This document shows, piece after piece, positions 47,069 through 57,779 of a stretch of 64,000 nucleotides of DNA. Position numbers and translations under genes: made by a program. Each line of letters opens with the position of its first letter. Within the stretch, counting starts at the first letter, position 1. The stretch lies in NCBI GenBank assembly GCA_049840735.1, contig JASGJN010000014.1, forward strand, positions 160,001 through 224,000, given 5' to 3'. The notes below the pieces were generated by a model. It had not been told where the DNA came from and searched no databases. It saw only the letters and a list, made by a program, of their open reading frames with translations. Origin of the DNA: Anaeromyxobacter sp. (GTDB taxonomy: Bacteria; Myxococcota; Myxococcia; Myxococcales; Anaeromyxobacteraceae).

Positions 47069-47539
47069 ATGATCGTCTTCGGCTCACGGCTGTTCGGCAA
47101 GGTGGACCACGTCCCGGGCCACTTCTACGTCGCCACCCGCTTCGCCCACCTCTACTTCCTGCCGCTGTTCCCCACCAGCTCGTGGGTGGTGCTGGACGAC
47201 GGCTCGCACGAGTCCAGCCTCACCTCCAGCCAGTGGCAGGGGGCGCGGCTGGGCCGCATCGCCTGGCGCTCGGTGGCCATGGCGTGGCTCCGCGCCGGGC
47301 TGATGGCGGTGTCGCTCCTGGCCGCGATCTTCGGCCTGGGCGCGCTGGACGATCCCTCCCTGGCCGTCTCCGGCATCGCGCTGGCCGTGATGTCGGTGGC
47401 CGCCTTCGCCGGCAGCTACCGCCTGGGCCGGGCCGACGCCGCGCGCGCCCAGGCGCTGGCGCGCGAGCTGGGCTTCCCGGAGGAGATGGAGGCCCAGGTC
47501 CGGCGCGTGGCGCAGACGGGCACGGGCGCGAGCGCGTAG
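47069..47539 (+). CDS. Hypothetical membrane protein
   Basis: Hydrophobic helices and GC3-biased codons; FYVATRFAHLYFLPLFP motif. Confidence 0.65.
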   Translation: MIVFGSRLFGKVDHVPGHFYVATRFAHLYFLPLFPTSSWVVLDDGSHESSLTSSQWQGARLGRIAWRSVAMAWLRAGLMAVSLLAAIFGLGALDDPSLAVSGIALAVMSVAAFAGSYRLGRADAARAQALARELGFPEEMEAQVRRVAQTGTGASA

Positions 47540-47560
47540 CGGGGCGCCTGGCAGCGCCTG

Positions 47561-47609
47561 TCCTTCGACTCCGCCCCGCCGATGGCGGGGCTACGCTCAG
47601 GACGAACGG
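47561..47609 (+). repeat. REP-like element
   Basis: TCCTTCGACTCCGCCCCGCCGATGGCGGGGCTACGCTCAGGACGAACGG. Confidence 0.9.
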
Positions 47610-47642
47610 ATCCGGACAGCCACCGTCGATCCGCTCTGCTCC

Positions 47643-48644
47643 TCAGTCCCGCGGCACCGCGATCATCCGCTCCAGCGCCCGGCGCGCGCCCTCGGCCACG
47701 TCGGCGGGGACCTTGATTTCGTGCTTCCCGCGGCGGAGCGCGTCGCGCACCATCACCAGGTCGATCATCTTCATGTACGGACAGTGCATCCGGCAGCCGA
47801 TGCACCCGTCCGCCACGATGAACTCGCGGTCCGGGTACTGCTTCTTGAGCTGGTAGACGATGCCGTGCTCGGTGGCGACGATGAAGGTCCTGGCCGCAGG
47901 GTGGCGCTCGACCGCCTTCAGCATGGCGGTGGTGGAGCAGACCTCGTCGGCCATGGCCACCACGTCCGCCCGGCACTCCGGGTGGGCGATCACCACCGCC
48001 TCCGGCCGGTCCGACTTCACGCGGGTGACGCTGGAGGAGCGGAGCACGTCGTGGACGGGGCAGCAGCCGTCGTAGACCACGATCTCCTTCTCGGGCACCT
48101 GTCCCTTCACCCAGTTCCCCAGGTTGCGGTCGGGCGTGAAGAGCACCTTCCGCTGCGGCAGCGACCGGACCACCGAAGCGGCGTTGGCGCTGGTGCAGCA
48201 GATGTCGGAGAGCGCCTTCACCTCGGCGGTGGAGTTCACGTAGGTCACCACCGCGTGGTCGGGGTAGCGCTCCTTCCAGTCCTCCAGCGACTCGGCGGTG
48301 ATGGAGTCGGCCAGCGAGCAGCCGGCCGAGAGGTTGGGCAAGAGCACCCGCTTCTCCGGCGCCAGCACCTTGGCCGACTCGGCCATGAAGTGCACGCCGC
48401 AGAAGAGGATGGTCCGCTGCGGGACCTCGCGCCCCACGATGGCCAGCTGCAGCGAGTCGCCGGTGTGGTCGGCGATGCGCTGGATCTCCGGCAGCTGGTA
48501 GTTGTGGGCCAGGATCACCGCGTCCTGCTCGCGCGCCAGCTGGCGGATCTCCGCCTCCAGCGCCTCCACCTCGGCGGGCGCCAGCTCGGCGCCGGCCTGC
48601 GGGTGGGCGACGGGATCGTGGATGGGGAGGACGGGCAGGCTCAT
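47643..48644 (-). CDS. nadA: Quinolinate synthase
   Basis: ILAHNYQ, GDSLQL, FCGVHFMAE, GCSLAD, YVNS, CCTSAN, AHPEC, CPYMK. Confidence 0.95.
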   Translation of the reverse strand: MSLPVLPIHDPVAHPQAGAELAPAEVEALEAEIRQLAREQDAVILAHNYQLPEIQRIADHTGDSLQLAIVGREVPQRTILFCGVHFMAESAKVLAPEKRVLLPNLSAGCSLADSITAESLEDWKERYPDHAVVTYVNSTAEVKALSDICCTSANAASVVRSLPQRKVLFTPDRNLGNWVKGQVPEKEIVVYDGCCPVHDVLRSSSVTRVKSDRPEAVVIAHPECRADVVAMADEVCSTTAMLKAVERHPAARTFIVATEHGIVYQLKKQYPDREFIVADGCIGCRMHCPYMKMIDLVMVRDALRRGKHEIKVPADVAEGARRALERMIAVPRD

Positions 48645-48949
48645 GGTCTCACCCGGGCGCCGCGGGCGGGCTTGATGCCCTCCGTGCCGGCGGGGAACAG
48701 GCGCCAGAACTCGCGGCGCACGAGGCCGGACAGCGTGGCCGAGCGGGAGAAGCCGTGGTAGCGGGCGACCGCCTCCAGCATGGCGATGTCCTCGTCGGTC
48801 GCCGACCAGGAGCGGACGGTGCGGGGCTGGGCGCCGCGGGCGGGCCCGCGGTGCGGGGGCGGGCCCAGCTCGCGGGCGTCGGGGGCCGGGGCCGCTGCGC
48901 GCAGGCGGCGGGGGCGGGCCGGGGTCGGGGTGCCATTCCGGGCGGTCAC
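48641..48949 (-). CDS. Small ribbon-helix-helix (CopG-like) putative DNA-binding protein
   Basis: RTVRSWSATDEDIAMLEAVARYHGFSRSATLSGLVRRE (strand-helix-G-x-S-R-S-helix); ATGA overlap with nadA; start uncertain. Confidence 0.6.
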   Translation of the reverse strand: MTARNGTPTPARPRRLRAAAPAPDARELGPPPHRGPARGAQPRTVRSWSATDEDIAMLEAVARYHGFSRSATLSGLVRREFWRLFPAGTEGIKPARGARVRP

Positions 48950-48969
48950 AATTCTTATATAAACGTTGT
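48948..48969. promoter_or_regulatory. AT-rich palindromic operator candidate
   Basis: ACAA-TTC-TTATATAA-ACG-TTGT. Confidence 0.55.
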
Positions 48970-49040
48970 CGAGGCCAGGGGCGGGGCGGCGTTCCGCCGC
49001 GGGCCCTCGGGCGGCCTTGCCGCAGCGCGCCGGACCGGGC

Positions 49041-49853
49041 ATGGCTGGTGGGGTGAAGATCATCGTCACCACCACGCTGCGCCCCACCCCGGCCGAGGAG
49101 GCCGCGGCGCTGGAGGCCTCCGGGCGCTGGGGGCTGCCCTACGCCGGGCGCGGCGGGCGGGCCATCACCCGCACCGTGGCGGCCGCCCAGGCGGACGGCG
49201 CGCTGGTGATCGCCACCGCCAAGGTGGTGCTGGCTGCCGGCGGCGTGGAGCAGGCCTGGTCGCCGGGCATGGGCGCGCTGCGGCTGCACCGGCTGGTCTC
49301 CTCCCGGGGCAAGGCGCCCGACCCCACCGCGCACGATCCCTTCCTCGACGCCGCCGGCATCCAGCGCGGCGACGCCATCCTCGACTGCACGCTGGGGCTG
49401 GCCGCCGACGCCCTGGTGGCCGCGGCCGCGGCCGGCCCCACCGGCCGGGTGGTGGGGCTCGAGTCCTCGCTGCCGCTGGCCGCCTGGACCGGCGAGGGGC
49501 TGCAGCGCTTCCCCGAGGAGGCGGCGCGGCGCATCGAGGTGAAGCACGCCGAGCACGCGGCCTTCCTGGCCGCCGCCCCGGACCGCAGCTTCGACGTGGT
49601 CCTGTTCGACCCCATGTTCCGCCACGCCCGCGCCGAGCCCGGCGGCTTCGACGTGGTCCGCCGCTTCGCCGACCCGCGCCCGCTCACGAGGGAGGCGCTG
49701 GAGCAGGCCCGCCGGGTGGCCCGCCGCTGGGTGCTGGTGAAGGACGGCGCGCCGGGCTGGGACCTGACGCGGCTCGGCCTCACCCCCATGCCCAGCGCGC
49801 GGGGGGCGCACCGGTACTACGCGCGGGTGCCGGCCGTCACGCCAGGGCGCTGA
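49041..49853 (+). CDS. Class I SAM-dependent methyltransferase (RsmJ/YhiQ-like)
   Basis: [29 protein letters not shown]. Confidence 0.8.
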   Translation: MAGGVKIIVTTTLRPTPAEEAAALEASGRWGLPYAGRGGRAITRTVAAAQADGALVIATAKVVLAAGGVEQAWSPGMGALRLHRLVSSRGKAPDPTAHDPFLDAAGIQRGDAILDCTLGLAADALVAAAAAGPTGRVVGLESSLPLAAWTGEGLQRFPEEAARRIEVKHAEHAAFLAAAPDRSFDVVLFDPMFRHARAEPGGFDVVRRFADPRPLTREALEQARRVARRWVLVKDGAPGWDLTRLGLTPMPSARGAHRYYARVPAVTPGR

Positions 49854-50014
49854 CGGGCCTGGGTCGATCGGGGGCCTCAGCCGCACCGGCTGCTCAGGTC
49901 GGAGCCGGGCCGCCGCTCGCACGATCACGGTCGCTCGGCCCACTGCTCCGGACGGCCAGACCTCCTGCGCTTCCTGGGACAGCGCCTGGACATGGCTCCA
50001 GCCATGTTCACGCT

Positions 50015-50058
50015 CCGTTCGGCCTGAGCGTAGCGTGCCCGCAGGGCTCGCGAAGTCG
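50015..50058 (-). repeat. Degenerate REP-like element
   Basis: CCGTTCGGCCTGAGCGTAGCGTGCCCGCAGGGCTCGCGAAGTCG. Confidence 0.75.
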
Positions 50059-50065
50059 CGCGCGC

Positions 50066-52147
50066 TCAGATGGCGGGCCAGGCCCTGGCGGCGGCGCTGA
50101 TGGTGGTGCCGAGGTGATCCTCGGCCAGCGCGCGGGCCGACAGGCGGGCCCGCTCGGCCGCCGGGAGCGACCGGTCGCGCGAGCGCGCCAGGGCGGCCGC
50201 GGCGCGAATGGTGGGCCCCAGCGCAGGGCCGGGATCCGTCCCTTCGATCAGGAAGGCCCTGAACCGCGCCTCGTCCTGGGGGGTGAACCGCGGGTACACG
50301 GCCAGCGCCTGCACCGCCTCGGCGTGGTTCGTCCGCAGCGCCTCCGCATAGAGCAGCGCCCAGGTGGCGTTGTCGAGCAAGGCGGTCTCCACGGGGCGGA
50401 GCTGCGCAGCGCCACCCAGCGCTGCACCGGGATCGCGCCGCGCGGCGGCCATGACGCCCACCGCAGCCGGGAGGTCCTCACCCGAGACCTCGAACCCCGC
50501 CTGGGCCCGCTGGATGGGCGCAGGACCTTCCTTCGCCTCGACCCGCCTGATGAGGGCGTCCGCCTCGGGGGCGTCCAGCCGGTGCGCCACCAGCCCGTAC
50601 AGCACCGCCTCCTCGGCCCTGGCGCCGGGCGGCAGCTTGTCCCAGGCCTGATCGAGCAGCTGGAGCGCCTCCGCGCCGTGCCCGCTGGCCACCAGCGCCT
50701 CCGTGGCTTCGCGCAGCACCTCCGCTGCGCTCACGGGCGAGGTCGCCAGCAGCTTGCGATAGCAGGCGACGGCGCCGCTCCATTCCCCGCGCTCCCACTG
50801 GAGCCCGATGGCGACCCGGAGCAGGTTGACGTCCTCCGGGAACCTGCTCCTCAGCGCCTGCACCTGCTGCCACTGGGCCTCTCCGTCGAGGAGGCGGACG
50901 TACAGGTACTGCGCGCTGGCGGAGTCGGGGGCCGCCTCGGCGCGCTCCCGGTACTCCGCGAGCAGCTCGGCCTGGTGGCCCGCCTGCAGGACCGCGTTCT
51001 GGTAGACGCGGTTCAGCCCGGTGTCCTCGGGGTGTGCGGCCATCGCCGCCCGGGCCACGCGCACCCCCTCCTCCGGGCCGAGCTCCCGGGCGGCGAGCAG
51101 CGCCATGGTCAGCTCGTCCTGCGCCCACCCCGCGGCGCGAGCCCGCACCTCCAGCACCGCCGCCCGGTCCTTGGTCCGCCGCTGCGACTCGAGCACCCAG
51201 CCGCAGAGCTGGGCGCCGTCGACGCCCTCCTCGCGCCCGACGTCCACCCGGTGCTTCACGAGCTGGCGGTCGTGCTTGGACATCGAGACGGTCTTCGGCG
51301 GCTCCACGAACACGTAGTCGGCGTTCACCTCGACCTGGCGCTCGGCGCAGTGGACCTTGGGCTCCACGGACGGCGCTGCCGCTTCGGGCTGGTCCTCCGA
51401 GGTGTAGATCACCGCCTCGTCGTAGACCGGCGCCGCCCCGGCCACGTTCCAGATCTCCACCGCCCCGCCGCGCCGGACCTCGAACGGCCCCTCGTCCACC
51501 ACCTCGTCCCCGGCCGTGGCCCGGGCCGGCTGGACGCCCACCGGCACGTCGGGGAGCAGCAGGTGCCCGCCGGGCGCCACGGTGGCCTCGGCGCTGCCCA
51601 GGGCGACGCGGACCGGCCTGGTCAGCCCGTTCACCACGTGCACGTCGTGCCTTCCGCCGGCGTGCCAGGCCAGGGCCGCGATGGCGAGCGCAGCGGCCGC
51701 CGCGCAGGCCACCGCGCCCTTGGCGGCGCGGCGCACGCCGAGCCCGAGCGGCACCTCCGCCAGGATGTGCCAGCCCCTGCCCTCGGCCTTGGCCACCACG
51801 TAGGCGCCCAGCGGGATGAGCGGGATCGCGAACAGCGCCACGAAGCACTGCGTGGTGATGTAGGTGCCGTCGGGCGCGTCCTCGCCGTGGCCGAGGAAGG
51901 TGGTGCCGAAGCCGTTGACGGTGGTGAGCGACGGCTTGGCGCCCAAGGGCCGCGCGAAGGCGCGCCGGTTGTGCAAGAGCCCGTCCACCGTCCGCTGATG
52001 GGCGGCCAGCCGCCCGCGCCCCCGGACCAGCGCGCCGTAGACCTTGAAGCTGTCGCCGGTCTCCACCGCCCTGCGGATGGCCTCGTCGGAGAGGAGCCGC
52101 TCCAGCTCGGGGATGCGGGCGAGGAGTTCTGCGCGGCCGTGAAGCAT
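50066..52147 (-). CDS. Hypothetical membrane protein with a TPR-like C-terminus
   Basis: 693-aa ORF; TM segment, beta-rich domain, helical repeats. Confidence 0.7.
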   Translation of the reverse strand: MLHGRAELLARIPELERLLSDEAIRRAVETGDSFKVYGALVRGRGRLAAHQRTVDGLLHNRRAFARPLGAKPSLTTVNGFGTTFLGHGEDAPDGTYITTQCFVALFAIPLIPLGAYVVAKAEGRGWHILAEVPLGLGVRRAAKGAVACAAAAALAIAALAWHAGGRHDVHVVNGLTRPVRVALGSAEATVAPGGHLLLPDVPVGVQPARATAGDEVVDEGPFEVRRGGAVEIWNVAGAAPVYDEAVIYTSEDQPEAAAPSVEPKVHCAERQVEVNADYVFVEPPKTVSMSKHDRQLVKHRVDVGREEGVDGAQLCGWVLESQRRTKDRAAVLEVRARAAGWAQDELTMALLAARELGPEEGVRVARAAMAAHPEDTGLNRVYQNAVLQAGHQAELLAEYRERAEAAPDSASAQYLYVRLLDGEAQWQQVQALRSRFPEDVNLLRVAIGLQWERGEWSGAVACYRKLLATSPVSAAEVLREATEALVASGHGAEALQLLDQAWDKLPPGARAEEAVLYGLVAHRLDAPEADALIRRVEAKEGPAPIQRAQAGFEVSGEDLPAAVGVMAAARRDPGAALGGAAQLRPVETALLDNATWALLYAEALRTNHAEAVQALAVYPRFTPQDEARFRAFLIEGTDPGPALGPTIRAAAALARSRDRSLPAAERARLSARALAEDHLGTTISAAARAWPAI

Positions 52148-52413
52148 GGCGACCTCGTGGCGGATGGGATCGGCGGTGCGATCGTGATCGATCAGGAGGC
52201 CTGGCTGCCGACCTCGGTGGAGGCGGCAGCGTACCCTGCCCTTCCTGGCGGACGCTTGATCCCTGCCAGCCCGGGGGCGCCCCGGCGGCGTTCCGCCGCG
52301 CCGCCCGCCCTGCCGGTCGCGCGCCCAGGGGACGCACGGCGCGTTGCACCTCCACCCACACGAGCGCTGGCCGGTGCTGGCGGAGCTCCTGCGGGCGCCG
52401 CCGGCGGCCTGAG

Positions 52414-52707
52414 CTAGCGGCCCTTGCCCCCCAGCCGCACCAGCGGCACCACCGGCGGCAGCACCGCGCCGCCGGCCCCGGCCGCCTCGGCGTGCGCCGC
52501 CAGCAGCGCCTCGCGCAGCCGGCGGCGGACCGCCCCCTGGTCCAGGCCCCGCTCGCGCCCGACGGCCATGGCAGCAGCCGAGAAGCGGCGCAGGATGGGA
52601 ACCCGGTAGGCGGCCAGCACCTCGGCGTCGTACGGCACGTCGAGCCGCTCGAAGAAGTCCTCGGCCACCTCGGCCTGGGCCAGCTCGGGGATGGGCGCCG
52701 GCATCAT
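52414..52707 (-). CDS. nifW: Nitrogenase-stabilising protein NifW
   Basis: [28 protein letters not shown]; overlaps the nifB stop. Confidence 0.75.
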   Translation of the reverse strand: MMPAPIPELAQAEVAEDFFERLDVPYDAEVLAAYRVPILRRFSAAAMAVGRERGLDQGAVRRRLREALLAAHAEAAGAGGAVLPPVVPLVRLGGKGR

Positions 52708-54189
52708 GCCACCTCCGCGGCCGCGACCGGTGCGAGCGCCGGCGTGGCCTGCTTCGCGGCCCAGCCCTCCCACCAGGCGATGCAGGAGGCCTCGATGGGC
52801 TGGAAGGCGAAGGCGGTAACCGGCTCCATCCCGGCCGCCTCGAGCTGGCTCGACGGGCAGCGGCCGACCCGGGCCACCAGCACCGCCTGGCACCCCTCCA
52901 GCGCGCGCAGGGTGGCGGCCAGGGCGTCGTCCTCGCCCTCCCCGCCCTGGCAGTAGGTCTCCACCTTGCGCAGGCCGAGGAGCCGCGCGCCCTCGCGCCC
53001 CACCTCGTAGATCAGGAACTCGGTGGCGTGGCCGAAGTGCTGGTCCACCTGGCCGCCGCCCTTCGTCGCCACCGCCACCCGGGCCCTCCGCGCCTGGGGC
53101 GCGGCCGCGGCCCGGGCCAGCGCGGCCTGGCGCGCCAGCTCGGCGCGGGCCCGCACCCGCTCCACCGCCTCGCGGTGCTCGGCCCGCAGCTCGGCCGCCT
53201 CGCGCACCGGCCCGGGCGGCAACCGGGCCCGCGTGAACTCGGCGAACCGGTCCTGGCCCAGCTTGCCCACCGCGTCGGCCCGGCACTGCCGGCAGTGGCG
53301 CATGAGCTTCGTGTCCAGCTCGCAGGTCGCCTGCAGCCGCTCCAGCTCCTCCGGCGTGGGCCCGCGCTGGCCCGTCAGGCCGTAGTGCGTGCCGTGCTCC
53401 GGGGCGGAGATGAGCGGCAGCAGGTTGACCAGGAAGGCCCCGCGCCGGCGCACCTCGCGCACCACCTCGGGCAGGTGGCGGTCGTTGACGCCGGGGATCA
53501 CCACCGCGTTGACCTTGCAGAGCACGCCGCGGCCCGCCAGGCGCGAGAGCCCCTCCAGCTGCCGCTCGGAGAGGATGCGCGCCCCCTCGCGGCCGCGCAC
53601 CTTGCGCCCCTCCCAGAGCACCCAGGGGTAGATTCTGCTCCCCGATGGCCGGGTCGATCATGTTGATGGTGACCGTGACGTGCCTCACGCCCAGGTCCAC
53701 CAGCCGGTCCACGTGGTCGGGCAGGGCCAGGCCGTTGGTGGAGAGGCAGAGCGTCAGGTCCGGCGCGGCGCGCTTGATCCCCTCCAGCGCCGCGAAGGTC
53801 AGCTCCGGGCGCGCCAGCGCGTCGCCCGGACCGGCGATGCCCACCACCGAGAGCGACGGCACCTCGGCCGCCACTGCCCGCACCTTCTCCACCGCCCCGG
53901 CGGGCGTGAGCTTCTCGCTCACCACGCCGGGCCGGCTCTCGTTGGCGCAGTCGAACTTGCGGTTGCAGTAGTGGCACTGGATGTTGCACGCCGGCGCCAC
54001 CGCCACGTGCAGCCGCGCGAAGTGGTGGTGGGCCTCCTCGCTGTAGCAGGGGTGGTTCTTGACCAGCTCCCCGGACTCCGGCGGCGCCGACGGCGCCTGG
54101 CCCTGGCCGCAGCCCTTGCCGAAGCCGCAGTTGGCGGCGGGCGGGGTCCTGGCTGGGGAGAGCACGGGCAGGCGGTCGTCGGGGGGCAT
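52704..54189 (-). CDS. nifB: FeMo-cofactor biosynthesis radical SAM protein NifB; apparent frameshift at 53631-53635
   Basis: [46 protein letters not shown]-terminal NifX-like domain. Confidence 0.95.
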
Positions 54190-54202
54190 GGGGGCTCCAG
54201 GC

Positions 54203-54466
54203 TCAGGCCACGATGGGCTCGAACGCGAACGCGTCCTTCTTGCAGGTCCGGCCGCAGGCCTCGCAGCCGATGCAGTCGTCGGGGTTCTCGACCGCCGCGA
54301 ACATCTTGGCCGAGTCCTCCTCGTCCACCTCCTTCGGCGCCAGCACGCCGTGGGCGCAGATCCTGATGCAGCGGCCGCAGCCGATGCACTTCTCGTCGTC
54401 CACGCGCTTCACGAAGCGCGGGGTCCACTCCTTCTTGCCGCGGGTGAGACCGGTCACGTACGCCAT
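54203..54466 (-). CDS. fdxB: nif-associated 2[4Fe-4S] ferredoxin III
   Basis: [28 protein letters not shown]. Confidence 0.85.
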   Translation of the reverse strand: MAYVTGLTRGKKEWTPRFVKRVDDEKCIGCGRCIRICAHGVLAPKEVDEEDSAKMFAAVENPDDCIGCEACGRTCKKDAFAFEPIVA

Positions 54467-54497
54467 GTCTGCTCCTCCTGGTGTTCAGTGCCCGTAG

Positions 54498-54568
54498 CCC
54501 TTCGACTCCGCGCCCCGGCTGCTGCGGCCTGCTGCGCGGTCCGGGGCGCTACGCTCGGGGCGAACGGG
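54498..54568 (+). repeat. REP-like element with a long internal hairpin, inside the nif operon
   Basis: CCCTTCGACTCCGCGCCCCGG...CCGGGGCGCTACGCTCGGGGCGAACGGG. Confidence 0.85.
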
Positions 54569-54587
54569 CGATGGGTCGTCCTTCGGG

Positions 54588-54971
54588 TCAGGCCTCGCCG
54601 GCCGTCCCTGCGCCCCCGGCCAGCGCCTTGCGCAGCCAGGGCGGCGGCGCGCCGCGCAGCACCTCCTGCAGGCGCGCGATGGCGTCGCTGATGGGCAGCT
54701 CGGCGCCGGTCTTGAGCGGGTGGATGCGCCGGGCCACCAGCTTGGCCGCCGCCGGGCCGCCGATCCGGACCGTGTAGACGATGGCGCACCCGGCCACGGC
54801 GCTGGCGCGGGCCGCGATCCGGTCCTCCTCGTCGCCGGCGGTGGTGATGGCGCTGACCCGCTCCAGGAAGGCGGCCGAGTCGCGGCTCACCTCCCAGACG
54901 TGGAAGTGCGTGGCCATGCCGAAGTGCTCGTCGATCCTCATCCCGTCGCTGCTCGTGAACGCGACCTTCAT
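54588..54971 (-). CDS. nifX: NifX
   Basis: MKVAFTSSDG, IDEHFG, IGGPAAAKL, PPPWLRKAL. Confidence 0.9.
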   Translation of the reverse strand: MKVAFTSSDGMRIDEHFGMATHFHVWEVSRDSAAFLERVSAITTAGDEEDRIAARASAVAGCAIVYTVRIGGPAAAKLVARRIHPLKTGAELPISDAIARLQEVLRGAPPPWLRKALAGGAGTAGEA

Positions 54972-54990
54972 GCCGTCCTCCGCCTCGCTG

Positions 54991-57745
54991 TCAGTTGTGG
55001 GCCAGCCGCTGCGCCTCGGGGGCGCTGGCCTGGAGCAGGTTGGCCACCTCGAAGACCAGGTTCATGGTCCCGCGGTAGCCCACCCAGACCTGCTGGTGCG
55101 CGCCCAGCCGGTCGAAGACCGGGAGGCCTGTGCGCAGGTGGGCCTTGATGCCGAGCCGCCCCGCGGCCTGTCGGCCGTTGGAGTTGGCCACCAGCAGGTC
55201 GGCGCCGCGCGCCGCCTCCTCCAGGTCCTCCAGGTCGCCGACGAAGACCCGCTCCGCCGGCAGGCCGTCCAGCCCGCGCGTGCGGGTGGCCGCCACCGCC
55301 GCCTGGATCCGGCAGCCCATCCCGGCCAGGAAGCGGGTCAGGCCCTTCAGGTGATCCGCCTCCAGCGCCAGGGCCACCCGGCGGTCGCCGAACTGGTAGT
55401 GGCTGTCCGCCATGGCGTCCATGAGCCGCCCGCGCCAGCGGCGCAGGTCGGCCGGCACCGGACGTCCGGTCAGGGTCGAGAGGGCCGACACCAGGGCGTC
55501 GCACTCGGCCAGGCCGGTGGCAGAGGTGAAGCCCAGGGCCGGCACGCCGTGCCGCTCCTCCAGCCGCCGCGCCGCGCGGGCCAGCGAGTCGCCCACGTAG
55601 AGGGTCGCCAGCGAGCGCCCCGCGGTCCGGATCCGCTCCACCGGCGTGCCGCCGGTGGCCAGCGGCGAGACCTCGGCGTCGATGGAGCCGTCCAGGGCCC
55701 GCCCCAGATCCGGCACCACCAGCGCCGTGAGGCCGAAGGCCTCGACGAGCCGCTGCAGCTCCTCGACGTCACCGGGCGTGAGGTGCGCGCCGGGCAGCAG
55801 GTTGACCTGCCCGCTGAGCCGCTCGCCCCCCTCGGCCAGCGACTCGAGGATGGCGTCCACCGCGGCGGCGTACCCCTCCTGCAGCGAGCCGCAGTAGTCC
55901 GGGGTGGAGGCCCACACCACCGGCACGTGGGCCAGTGCCGGGTGCTCCTCGCGGAAGTGGACGATGGCGCTCCGCACGTCGTCGCCCATGGTCTCGGTGA
56001 GGCCCGAGGTCATGACGCCCACCACGCCGGGGTGGAACTTCTCGATCACCCGGGTGAGGCCGCGCTTGAGGTTCTCCCAGCCGCCGAAGATGGCGGCGTC
56101 CTCGCTCATGGCGGTGGAGTTGAGCGGGATGGACTCCTTGAAGTGGCGGGAGAGCTGCAGGCGGATGAAGGTGGAGCAACCCTGGGCGCCGTGGAGCAGC
56201 CCCAGCAGCCGGTCCACGCCCAGGTAGGCCAGGGTGGCGCCCAGCGCGGGCGAGTTCTTCTGCGGGTTGACGGTGGCCGGCTTGGACGGCACCGCCACGC
56301 GCGAGGCGGCCAGGTCCTCCGCCTGGAGCGCCGCGCCGTGGCCGCGGGCGGCCTCCAGCGCCGCTGCGGCGGCCTCCGGGGCCTCCTCCCACGGCGCCCT
56401 GCGCGAGAGCGCCGGCCAGATGGGGCTGTTGACGGTCAGGTCCAGCTGGCGCGCGAAGGTGACCATCCCCTCGTAGCCGGCGTAGGGGTGCGAGCGCCCG
56501 TGGTTGATGTCCAGGAACGGCGTGCGGGTCTTGAGCGCCAGGAACTTGGTCTTGCCGCCGGCCACGATCAGCTCCGGTCGCTTCTCGCGGACGATGCCCA
56601 GCAGGCCGGCGGTGGAGGTGTCCTCGATGATTCTCCGCGTCCCGGTGCATCAGCGCCTTCATCCGGTGGAAGTCCTCGAGGGTGGAGTTCTGGGTGCCGG
56701 CCGCCAGCACCTCGACCCCCAGCTCGCGCAGCGCGTTGACCATCGACCAGGTCTTCACGCCGCCGGTGAAGAGCACGGCGCGCTTCCCCGCGAGCCGGGC
56801 CCGGTGCGGCTCCAGCCGGGCGCGGCAGCGGGGCTCCTCCTCGGCCAGGAGCGCCTCCACCCGGTCGCGCATCGTCGAGGCGCCGCCGTTCACCTCGTCC
56901 AGGACCGCCGCCATGTCGCGCAGCGCCTTGGCGGTGTCGGTCATCCCGTAGAAGGACTCCTCGAGGAAGGGGATGCCGTACCGCTTGCGCAGCTTCTTCG
57001 CGAGGTTGGTGAGGCTCTTGGAGCAGATGATGACGTTCAGCCTGGCCCGGTGCGCGTGGCGCAGGTCGTCGAAGCGGGCGTCGCCGCTGATGCAGGAGAG
57101 GATGCGGATGCCCAGCCGCGCGAAGAGCGGCTCCATGCCCCACAGGTCGCCGGCGATGTTGTACTCGCCGATCAGGTTGACGTCGTAGGGGGTGCGCGTC
57201 TCCGGCTCGGCCGTGCCGATGACGTGCTCGAGCAAGAGCTCGCCCGCCAGCCGGTTGCCGATGTTCTTGTCGCCCACGAAGCCGGGCGTGTTGACCGGGA
57301 TGACCGGGATCTCCACCTCGCCGGCCACCGACCGGCACACCGCCTCCACGTCGTCGCCGGTCATGGCGCTGACGCATGTGGCGTAGACGAAGATGGCCCG
57401 CGCCTGGGCGCGGTAGCGCACCGCCAGGTCCAGGATGGCCTGGCGCAGCTTCTTCTCGCCGCCGAAGACGACGTCGTTCTCCAAGAGCTCGGTGGTGAAG
57501 CCGCGCCGGTACAGCTGCGAGCCGCTGGACCGTGCCCCGCGGTTGTCCCAGCTGTTGCCGGCGCAGGCGATGGGCCCGTGCACCAGGTGGATGGCGTCGG
57601 TGATGGGCATCAGCACCACCCGCGCCCCGTCGAAGGCGCAGCTCCGCTCCGTCCCCTCCCCGGGCTCCGAGCGCTTGCAGAGCTTCGGCGCGCCCTTCTC
57701 CTGGGTCTCGCACTCCGGGGCTTCGTAGTAGTCGGGGCGCGCCAT
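54991..57745 (-). CDS. nifEN: Fused NifE-NifN scaffold; apparent frameshift at 56629-56633
   Basis: NifE (CAFDGA, HGPIAC, DINHGRSHPYAGYEG) runs without a stop into NifN (VNPQKNSPALGA, HGAQGC, FDRLG). Confidence 0.9.
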
Positions 57746-57779
57746 GACGGGGCTCGGGGGCTGCGGGTGGTGCCGCGGG

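Noticed and set aside
52414..54189. 591-aa ORF suggesting a NifB-NifW fusion; likewise the 637-aa ORF 62069..63982 suggesting a NifA-GNAT fusion
   Set aside because: Both arise from GATTC frameshifts; the corrected frames stop at 52704 and 62539
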